DNA from: Zygnema circumcarinatum SAG 698-1b
Lineage: Eukaryota > Plantae > Zygnematophyceae
Length of the DNA stretch: 64,000 nucleotides
Assembly: GCA_037447605.1 (NCBI GenBank)
Contig: CM074814.1
Location: forward strand, 1,984,001-2,048,000
Reading direction: 5' to 3'
How positions within the stretch are numbered: position 1 is the first letter of the stretch; every line of letters begins with the position of its first letter. The notes beneath the pieces are model-generated. The model saw only the letters and a list, made by a program, of their open reading frames with translations, made no database searches and was not told the DNA's origin. The position numbers were made by a program, and so were the translations under genes. Shown one piece after another: positions 54,323 to 64,000 of the stretch.

Positions 54323-54870
54323 GGCGGGCGCAGAGTAGACTGCCCCGCGCGAGCAAGCGAGAGAGGAAGGGATGGGAGGGAGGGGGGCGGACGCAAAGCC
54401 CTGAAGGGGGTTCAAGCGCCGGCCGGCGCCTAGGGCCCAGTTAGCCGGCCGCCACTCGCCGGCCGGCGCCGGCTGGCAGAAAAAGTTGTCGGCTCGTTAG
54501 CTAAGGCAGCGATCGGCGAATCCTGGCCGTCGGAAGCTGATAAGCTTTCTCATCGCATGGAATTTGTGAAATTTCGGTTTGGAAAATTTTACGTTTTCGG
54601 GCCCCGGGCCGCTTTTTGAGCCTTGCGTTGGGGCCTCCTTGAAGACTTTACGTCTATGCTTACTTTTGAGTGGGAAGAAAGGCATCGCTGAGACAAATTT
54701 CCTAGCGCGTTTTTTAGGGTTTTTTTTTTTAAACACGGTAAGGGATGTTTCCTTGTATGTGTAGCATCATACAACACTGAATGACACACTGTTCACATGT
54801 GGCATGGGTGACAGATACAGCTGATGTTGGGCTGATTTATTTACATGCTTCACTGTCTTAACAAGAGCTG

Positions 54871-57752
54871 CTAATTCCTCCGCCGAATCCTCAAGAGCAG
54901 CCCAAAGTGGTCACTGGGAAGCACACGAAGTGTGACCGTTCGAGCCGGCAGCTTCGCTTTCAGCACCTTCTCATAGGTCAGGCCAGGAATGGCCTCTGTC
55001 CCGACCATATCTATGGCCTCAAGCTCAAAGTCATCCAAATGACAGAGCATCCGATCCACCCGCTGTTGCAGCCACCCCGTCAACATGTCGTTCGCCTTGG
55101 CGTCATAAGTGAAGCCAACCTGCACATTGCGAGCCGTCCCGTCCAGTCACGTTCATTGAAAATCTGCTGCATGTGACTGCTTCGCAATGCTTTACGTCCT
55201 ATATAACAATCAGTTGAACACGGAAAATTTTCCAGGGAAGCACTCTCTCCCAGCTGAACATCGATAATACTTTCACAGTCTCCACTCAATTTTTTCACCT
55301 CTTCCGGCTGCAGCTGTTCCCATGCGTCACACCACCCATAAGGGAGGGGCATGGGTCCATCTAATTTGTCATTCCAGTTCAAATCACCACAGAAGACGAC
55401 ATTCCTCATACAGCGGAGGGTATTCATGACTGTCTTGGCCTGCGCGACGCGCTCCTCACTGTACATCTGGCTCCATGTAGGAGGCTGAGGGCATGGGCTC
55501 TCGAGGTGAGCGTGGGCTACAACTAGGGGGCAATGCCCACTTAGCTCCAACCCCACCATGGCAAGTTCTCTTCCCATTATGGAGTTTTCAAAGGGTTCTC
55601 GATGCCATGTCTTCACAGGGAGCCTGCTAAGCTGCAAGGCCGGCCAATCAGGGACAAACGATGAAACGACTAATCAGCTTCTGCATATGCTTTCTTTGAG
55701 ACGGTTGCCTGCTATTTGAGTCCTGTGTCTGATTCGAACTAGGCACAGAACAATGCTGATAAGGCACAATGGACTTGATGCTGCAACACTCACCTGCATG
55801 ATAAAATACTGCCTTTTTGGAGCTTCTTCAGGAGAAACTGAGGACTGGTAGTGACGCCACCATTCGAATTTACAGAGGAGGTTATAAATTTTCGACGTTA
55901 CTTCCTGCACCATCATTCAACTCCATCTAGGATTTAGAAAAATGATGAAGAAATTCACTAGATCTATCAATTCAGGATCAAGTATCAACGAGGTATTCCT
56001 CGATTTCGCATATCATCGATCTTGGCAAGTCCATGGTCAATGTATAGGAAGAAGGACGGGGACATATGTTGTGATAGAGTTGTAACAGAAAGAATTATCG
56101 TACTAGAAAGTAGTAAGAAGGTGGAAAAAGGAGCTATTTGCAAAAACATCATCGTCATCGGCATTAACCCCAGCTACGAACTGCCAGTGGAGATAGGTAG
56201 ATAGAACGGATATGTGAACTGCAAATCGGTGAGCAAATTCGAATACAAAGGTGGTGGGTTTAGACACGATTTCCTACTAGGCGTACTTCCGGACTTGGTG
56301 AGCTATAGAGGCTCACCTGCAAACAAATGACATCGGGCATGTGCCGTTCAATGATTGCTCCTATCGCAGCCATGCGTTGTTCCAGCTCCACACTCTCGTT
56401 GAACCACACATTGTATGTCAAAATGCTGAGCGTATTGGTGTTACTGCTGCTGGCAACAGCATCACCCCGAGCCTTCGTTAAAGAAGGATGCCCAGCCTCC
56501 CCTTTTGTTGGTTTAGCTTCTTTCAAGGCTTCGGAAGGGCCGCCTGTGATCAAGGAACATAAAGCTGTGAGAAAGTGATGAAGTAAGTTCTATGAGCAGT
56601 CAGAACGGCTCTTCAATCCAAGTTGCGCCATTGAGACTACGAATGTGCAGAGACACCTCATTCTCCTAAATCTCTGGGCCTGAGGTCGTTTAAACAATAT
56701 GTGGTTCAGATCAAAGGAGCAACTATGCCAAGATACCCAAACATGGCCGGTATAATATTGGAACTATTCGAGGAGGAAAAGGTCGTCAATTGCAAAGGAC
56801 TAGACAAATAAAGCTCGTCCCATACTGCAAAATTTGGACGACGCCGTATTAAGGCCACTGGAAAATACTGTGCCATGACAATGATCTGTGCAACTTGTGA
56901 AAGCATTTCCAGCCCTCGATGTCCGCTAGAAAAAACTTGCATTGTCCGGATGGCAAGGAAAAAATCAAAAAGCATCGCACCTGATCGACCCGCCTTCTCT
57001 TGACGCGCCTTTCGCTCCGCATGCAGACTAGCCAGCAGCGTGTTCCCTGACTCTTCACTGCCGCAATTTCCTGCTCCCCCCAACGACAGAGAGCCTTCGT
57101 CTCGAGCTCCTGCTTCAGTAGGACTCGCAAGATTCCCTTGCGATGAGGCCATGATGAATGCACGTTTCTTGTCTCCCAACGTTACATCACTATCAACAGC
57201 TGTGCTAAAATTCCTTTTCAATCCTCCTGCGCTTTCACCGGAGACGAGCCAGTTATTGAATGAAGCTGAACCTGAATTGCGTGATAGGAGAACGTTTGAA
57301 GTAACCCGTTCAGGCGAAGCACGAACTTCAGGCCTGGAGGCTCCTTCATGTTGCAATACCTTCGAGCTAGTTGCTCCAAGGCCGCCAGCACTGCCTTTCC
57401 CGCCCCTGCAGCCGGTGTCCAGACCTGAAGCTTCACTTACCGAATCCTTTCCACCTTTCCTGTTTATTTCTACACCCTCTACTGACTCAGGATCTCCTAC
57501 GTCCTTCAAGTCATCTCCTGGAACGCCTGCAGCATACTCTCCGACCAAATCATGACTGTCATCCAGCCGTTCTTTCAAGCAGACTTCACATACCGTTCCG
57601 TCCCCAGATCTATTCAAGTATGTGCAAGACCTGCAGGCCCATTCCCTCTCAGAACTTCCCCTTCCGGCAGTGCCGCAGACCTCGCACACAACTCCCCCAT
57701 GGTTGATGAACGTACAAGCTGGACAGGCCCAGTCTTCTCCCTCCTGCGCCAT
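54871..57752 (-). CDS. TDP2: Tyrosyl-DNA phosphodiesterase 2 (EEP family) with two N-terminal RanBP2-type zinc fingers
   Basis: Exons 57752-56981, 56543-56317, 55904-55794, 55631-55299, 55119-54871. WACPACTFIN..CEVC and WACRSCTYLN..CEVC; ILTYNVWF, CLQEV, AHLES, CGDLNW, VDR, PSDHFG. Confidence 0.9.
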
Positions 57753-57943
57753 GGCTCCACAGCAGGGCCGTCCTCCAAGATGACGTTGCTGTGGGAGCAA
57801 GTAGCTGGCTGCAAGGTGCCACGTGTCGCCACAAGCGCAGAGGCGAGGCTGCCATGGCGTCCTGAAACAGCGCCGTTCTTTGCAGGGTAGTTGAGAAGAT
57901 TCAAGAAATTTCCATGTTGACGGAGTGTAGTTTTACGGCGGGT

Positions 57944-58064
57944 TTAACGGCTGCATCACAAACATCGTGCTCTGGGACAGAAGCTGACGCGATCCAACGG
58001 CTGAGAGTGCTGTGTCTTTGTTGTCATCCTACGGCGAGAATGGATGCTATCCAACGGCTGAGAG
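57944..58064. promoter_or_regulatory. MSA-like (AACGG) elements upstream of TDP2
   Basis: ATCCAACGGCTGAGAG repeated at 57992 and 58049; TAACGGCTG at 57945. Confidence 0.45.
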
Positions 58065-58685
58065 CTACTTGATCGGACGACCTTAAAAGTACGTCAACTG
58101 CGGAGACAACTCAGGGTTCAGGTCAGGCACTTTTTTTCTTGCTTGGGCAGTTTCGCGGTGATCTCAAGACGTGCATGCAGTGGTTTTAGACTTGCTAAGA
58201 AGAACAATTTGGCATTGAATTCACGATGATGATGCCACCATCAAATGGTGCATGGACATCAACAACATGGAGAATCACGAGAAATCGCTAACAAAGGACC
58301 AAAGTTCGCAAGAAAAAAGCTATGAGCTGAACTTTGTTTGTAGGCCCAACAACACGGTTCTAGAGGAGGTTTGAATACACGAGTTGGACTTTCAGTTGGC
58401 AAGCTTTGGAATTGCACTTATTTGTCTTTGTCTGTATTCAGAGGGCATGGCATGGAAGTAGAGCTTGTAACTGTGGAATGTAATCGCACCACTGCACGCA
58501 AAGGGTCAGTGAAGTGAGTGAGTGAGTGTCAGATGACGGACCAAACGGTTGCCAGAAGCCGAGTCTTCATAAGTCAGAATATCGAACACTGCTTCACATT
58601 TTCTAAACATAAAAACAAAAAAGCACTCTATTACTCATGGGCTGAACATGAAATGTGCGACGATGTGACTTCATCCATCTCCTTT

Positions 58686-59090
58686 CACCTCACCCCAATT
58701 GACCTCACCCTAATTCACCTCATCCCAATTCACCTCATCCCAATTCACCTCATCCCAATTCACCTCACCCCAATTCACCTCACTCCAATTCACCTCATCC
58801 CAATTCACCTCACCCCAATTCACCTCACCCCAATTGACCTCACCCTAATTCACCTCACCCCAATTGACCTCACCCTAATTCACCTCATCCCAATTCACCT
58901 CATCCCAATTCACCTCACCCCAATTCACCTCATCCCAATTCACCTCACCCCAATTCACCTCACCCCAATTCACCTCACCCCAATTCACCTCACCCCAATT
59001 CACCTCACCCCAATTCACCTCACTCCAATTCACCTCATCCCAATTCACCTCATCCCAATTCACCTCACCCCAATTCACGTCACTCCAATT
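58686..59090. repeat. 15-bp minisatellite (CACCTCACCCCAATT) x27
   Basis: 405 bp read directly; variants CATCCC, CACTCC, GACCTC and CCCTAATT. Confidence 0.97.
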
Positions 59091-59240
59091 AGCAGTTGAA
59101 CGGCGAATGGGGGCTGAAACGGAGGCGCACATAGAACCGCCTGAACTTCCACTCGCAGGAATCCAAACTCTTTCCAAAACTTGAGCGCCGTCGCTTGCAG
59201 GCTCCAGCACCTTCGACCAGAGGGATGCCCTCCAATGACG

Positions 59241-59510
59241 ACGTGCCACGTGTACAAAACGGATTACGTGGCGAGTTGCAATCGGATGATGCTTTGACAA
59301 CACGGCATTCGGAGGGAAAGGGCTAAGCGGGGCGCCATGGCGGACGGCGAGCATGCAGTCCTCGCGGGGGGGGGGGGGTGTCTCTGTGTTGGAGCCATGG
59401 CGGGGGGCTCTGTTCTCGCCATGCCTTTTACGTGGCTTACGAGGCAGGCACATGCAGCGCCGTCCTTGCCTCGACTGCAGGGTTTTGCATAGCGCTCTGT
59501 TGCACGTGTC
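59241..59510. promoter_or_regulatory. ABRE/G-box cluster upstream of the desiccation-related gene
   Basis: ACGTGC 59241, CACGTG 59247, TACGTGGC 59265, ACGTGGC 59430, CACGTGTC 59503. Confidence 0.55.
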
Positions 59511-59684
59511 ACACTGCCAGTTGGTTGTCGGGAAAATGGAAAGGATGAGTCAAACTACTGCTGCAGCCTGCTGCTTCCGGGTGATTTCGGAGGCAGAGGG
59601 GAGAATTTTGATAGTATTTATTCGACTGGAAGCATCCCGGTGGTGCTTGAGCGGGTTGCGAGAAAGAGGACGATCTCAGCATCC

Positions 59685-61795
59685 ATGGTTGTCATGGCGA
59701 GGTTGAGCCCTAAGTTTGTTGGCCTGCTGGTCTCTGTTCTTGCATTGTCTTTCTCCCCTTCACTTGCTCAGCTTCCGACTGCACCGCCCCTTCCGGTTCA
59801 GTTCTCTGAGAAGGAGTTGCTTCAGGTAAATGGTCTCACGGGCTGATTTCTTCCACTCTTGCACGTCTTATGTACTGTATGCACGCACTCTATGACGTCA
59901 AATGAATATCTGGTTGGTTATGTTCAAGTGTTTGAGCTCGTTTGGTTGAAATTACTGCATGGTTGCAGTTTTTGACAAATGACTTTCTGTGGGTTGCAAT
60001 GATTATACAACTTTCAATATGATAGATGCTTTAGTGCATGTAGTCTCGGATCATGCTCTGCGCATGCCATAGCTAATTACTGCGCTTTCCAATTGATTGT
60101 ATGAAACTGTAATTAACTGTGAGACTTTGAAAAGTTTGATGTGTGTACCAAATTTAACAAGGAGGAAATGGAGCGTCACATTCTGACAATGAATAGGCTC
60201 CACACTCTTGTCCACTTTATGCTTCTTTTTTATATGCTCTATTGACGCTGGTTTCGTTACGACTGATGAAGAAATCGCAATGTCGTGTGCAGTTTGTGCT
60301 GAATCTGGAGTACCTGGAGACAGAATTTTTCTTGGTTTCGGCATATGGCTACGGCCTTGATGGCATCAACTCCACTCTCGCTGGTGGCGGTCCTGCTCCC
60401 GTTGGCGGGCGACAGGCTTCCTTGTCACCTCAAGTTCGAGCAATGGCGGAAGTTATGGGTTTGCAGGAGGTGGATCATGTTACGTGAGTACTAAAGCGTC
60501 TAAAGTCGTACCAATCCCTTGTCCAGTTACTTCTATCAGTGTATGGGAGGAGCTGTCTCTACACAGTTGAAAGGAGTAAACAGCAGCTGAGAACAAGTTT
60601 GCGACAGCTGGAGTTGGCGATGCTGTGATTGACCATTTGTTCCAGTCGCTCAACAGTATCCACGAGTGTTTATTTTGCGTACGCCTGTGCAGAGCAATTC
60701 GTGAATTTTTGGGGCCAGATGCAAATCCTCGACCGCTGATCGATCTTGGAAATTCGTGGAGCCAGTTTTTCAAGTTTGCAACTGGAAACTCGTCTGTGAA
60801 CTTTTCGCCATACACGGATGACCTAAGTTGGCTAATTGCTGCCTACGCCCTGCCATATGTAGGCTTGACGGGTTATGTGGGCACAAACCCCCTTTTGCAG
60901 TCGGTCGATGCTAAGAAGGTACAGTTTGTTTCCTCGAAATTTGCAGCACCCCCTGCTCTTGTTTGCTGTAGTTTTAAGGCTTTTTTCTCTGCGGAAATCT
61001 ATGAGATGTGACATTTGTTCTGTCAAAAGATGAGGATGCCCATTTGTTAGCACAGCTCATTTCATAATATATCTTTTTTTTTTTTTTTTTTGAGACTGCA
61101 GCTTGTTGCAGGTCTGCTTGCAGTTGAGTCAGGCCAAGATGCGATGATACGGCTCAAGCTCTGGCTGAACAGTGACTACCTTGTGCCGCCTTATGGACAG
61201 CCCGTCTATGCTCTCACAGAGAACGTCTCCAGAGTAAGCAGCCTATTTCAGTCCTTGAAGGTTTAGCTGGCCTTCCTTTCTACAGGCTGCAACCTTAGAA
61301 TAATCGACCAATGAAAGCTGTAATTTGGAAGGCGTGAATGGTTTCAAGTACTACCCTCACGGTTTTCATGTTAAATCCATGCAGGCCCGCAATTGCTTGG
61401 ATGGTTCCCTTACCATCGATGATGAGGGCATCTTGGTTCCTCCGCAGCTGGGAGCTCATGCCAACACAACTAACAACATCCTTTCTGCCAACGCTTGGTC
61501 CTTGGCCTACGCCCGGAATCCGGAGCAAATTCTTCGTGTAGTGTATGGCAGTGGCGCTTCAAACATCACAGGAGGTTTTTTCCCAAACGGAGCCACAGGC
61601 AACATTGCCAAGTACTTCCTCACGAACAACACTGCTCCGCCTCCAACTCCCCCTGGAGAATCTCCACCAAGGGAGCTCTATTGTCCTCCTCTTCCACAGC
61701 AGCCGCCGCCAACTCCTTGTACCAATCCCCCACCTTCTCCCCCCACTTTACCTTGTACCAGTCCTCCGCCTTCTCCATCTGGAGGCCCACCCTGA
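59685..61795 (+). CDS. Desiccation-related protein PCC13-62-like (secreted ferritin-like fold) with a C-terminal Pro-rich tail
   Basis: Exons 59685-59825, 60293-60483, 60693-60918, 61102-61233, 61385-61795. Signal peptide; LNLEYLETEFF, QEVDH, PYVGLTGYVGTNP, LLAVESGQDAMIR, DEGILVP..LGA, NILSAN..SLAYAR, GGFFPNGA.G.IA. Confidence 0.9.
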
Positions 61796-62227
61796 CGCTC
61801 CAACATCTTTTTCCCTGCAGTTTCAGTGACAAACAAACCGGCGGACTTTTCTATCCTCTCCGACTAGACCTTGACTTTCCTCTGTTGGCTTCATCACCTT
61901 GGCAACCCTGATGCCGGCGGTGTTTGACGCTGTCAAACAGCGTCAAGGCTCGACAGCCAGTGCTTAGATTACTGCATGTTGTGAGAATGGTGAGTTTTTG
62001 TAAAGCACACGAAACAACAAGATCACGATGAATGATTCGCAGTAGGTCACAGAGTTGGTTACAACTGTTGTACTGTATGTTAGTTGAAAACTGGCTAGCC
62101 ACTGCCTCTACTATGAAGCTTGCAGATGGCCGCTTCTTCTTGTATATACATCTTCATGATGAACTATGACAAATGGATGGAACCTGCATCTGGAATGCTG
62201 CCTACATCTGGGTTTGGCATGATGCAA

Positions 62228-63789
62228 CTAAAAGGAGAGCAAATCTGGTAACGGCTGAGGTGTGACAGTTGTCACGTTTCGCGTAGTGGCTGCAGTCATT
62301 GGGACAGTGTCTCGTTTGTCGCGCTGTGTATCCATCTGTCTCATGGCCTGCTCGAGGAAGGCCTTCGCCTGCACAAAAAAAACAGGAATCCACCGCTGCT
62401 TTGATTCATGATTCCTTTCTAAATTACATTCGCACGACACCAACGTGTACCGTTGGTTTCCTCACCACATTCGCTGTTAACCACGGTTTCTGGAGAGCTT
62501 TGGAAGTATTTTCGTTGAAGCAAGCTGAAAAAATTACCATGTCCCGCATGAATCTTCCCTTTACTACATCTGCAAATAGTAGAACTTTCATCCTCATTTT
62601 GCTGCTACTGTTGGCAAACTGGAGACTGGCTACAATGGGTCGACGGCAGAGCCAACCTTCCAGCAATTCTGTAAGGATCACATTCGTATTTCTTTTAAGC
62701 GGATGAATATCTCACCCTCAGAACTTCTTTGTACACCTGGTCCTTTGAATGAATTAGGCTCCTCTTCGTCTCGCCTTGCTCCAAAAGTTTTTCAAAAACG
62801 CTCATGCTGGAACATTTTCGAAGGATGCTTGCTGCTTCCTCCATATTGTATAGAAGGGGCATCATTATAGTCCTACAAGTGATGTATCCATACTAACATG
62901 AGCGCTTGAATAAATAAACAAAGGCGGTGAATGTTAAGAAATTTGAAAAGCACATGGCCAGTTTTTTGAGAAGGCAAAAATCTCCGCGAATTGAACAAGG
63001 CCTCCCTTGACTCGAATGTGTTCATTGTGATGGCAGCCTTTGCGCCACTTGTTGTTGCGAGCATATTGATAGTATTTGGTAAATATAAATCAGAAAATTT
63101 AGCATATATTAGGGGGGGTCAGACTTATCCCGGAGCGTACTACGCTCCGAATTTCCCGAATTCAAAGTTTCGTCTACGAATTACGGGTCGGGATCCGCGG
63201 CTCTGTCGAACACAGCCGTACCGAAATGCGTACCTAGCCAATGCTTAATTCACCCGACAGGCTTACTAAATTGATTTGGCCATGTGTTAAGTTAAGTCTG
63301 ACCCGCCCTATTATTGGCTTCGGCAAAGCAGGCTTAAATTTCTGATTACGTACCTAGTTTCCTCAGCCTTGCCAAAGCCAATGGGAAGCTTTTTTTGTGC
63401 AAGCTCCAAAACTGGACGCAACTGCTGGGCCTCGTGTGTCACTTCATTGCAGTGGCCTCGGAAGACTTTCACATCGACTACCGCATCTTGAAGCGCTTCA
63501 ATGAGATTCAGGGCCATTTGAAGGCTGTCTTGGTTTGCCATCGAAAAGAAAAGTAGAAAAAACAATCAATCCAGGAAGATACCAATTCGAACGATTGCTT
63601 AAAGCGTAAGCAGAAGCAAGCTCCAAACGCCTCGCTCCCTGTACAGCCTACCACACTCAAACATACATAAAAAAACTGGATTTAAAGGCCACCAAGGCAT
63701 CCAACAAAGAATCCTGATTACAAACGCCACTTTCTTCCTGACTGCAGCAGCCCCTCTGCTGATACAGCCAATAGCTGCGACGCCGCCAT
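62228..63789 (-). CDS. Small stand-alone helical-bundle protein resembling MLKL N-terminal / RPW8 / U-box UND domains
   Basis: Core exons 63541-63354, 62872-62737, 62368-62228 splice in frame to 154 aa (MANQDSLQMALNLIEALQDAVVDVKVFRGHCNEVTHEAQQLRPVLE...LYNMEEAASILRKCSSMSVFEKLL...). A possible upstream exon starts at gccATGGCG 63789. The domain call is pattern recognition only. Confidence 0.6.
63111..63309. mobile_element. MITE (199 bp) in an intron of the helical-bundle gene
   Basis: TIR AGGGGGGGTCAGACTTA / TAAGTCTGACCCGCCCT; ATT duplicated at 63108-63110 and 63310-63312. Confidence 0.85.
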
Positions 63790-64000
63790 GGCGCCCCATT
63801 GGCGCCGCCATGGCGCCCCCTTGGCTGATGGCGGCCCTCCAGACCGACCTCCTCGCGCCGTCACCATACCGCCACCAATCCGATACATTCGATATATTGT
63901 AATTCGTATCGGGCTCCTGCGAACAGAGCCCCAAATTGTAGGGACTTTCTGGGAACACACCACAAGTATCTGCATACACACCTCAAATCTAGATGTAGCC

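Noticed and set aside
54416-54475. GC palindromes (GCGCCGGCCGGCGC) and an AGGGGGTTCA motif in the Toc75-B promoter
   Set aside because: No partner TIR found; short GC palindromes are expected in GC-rich promoters.
58518-59453. (IHLTP)n and (EVNWG)n ORFs resembling pentapeptide-repeat proteins
   Set aside because: Both are translations of the 15-bp minisatellite on opposite strands, with non-ATG starts and no splice context.

Overview
Gene-dense eukaryotic nuclear DNA with GT-AG introns. The gene content and style point to a streptophyte (charophyte-grade alga or early land plant); the species cannot be fixed from the sequence. I hand-spliced 12 intron-containing protein genes. In order they are GT43 glycosyltransferase a (truncated by the window start), S6 kinase, SufB, 3-dehydroquinate synthase, GT43 b, a divergent Toc75-like gene (A), an RLCK-VII kinase, dolichol kinase, a more canonical Toc75 (B), TDP2, a PCC13-62-type desiccation-related protein with a Pro-rich tail, and a small stand-alone MLKL/RPW8-like helical-bundle protein. 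The 3.7-8.3 kb intergenic region is a transposon island with two non-autonomous TIR elements carrying 8-bp TSDs, one built from stacked palindromes and one holding a ~940-bp fold-back. A nested MITE there belongs to a TIR family that recurs at 34.4 and 63.1 kb. Other features are minisatellites, a 37-bp-stem hairpin derived from a dispersed repeat, and motif clusters upstream of genes (CGTAC, ABRE/G-box, MSA-like, CCAAT array). I found no rRNA, tRNA or CRISPR array. Exon boundaries are manual predictions without transcript support.
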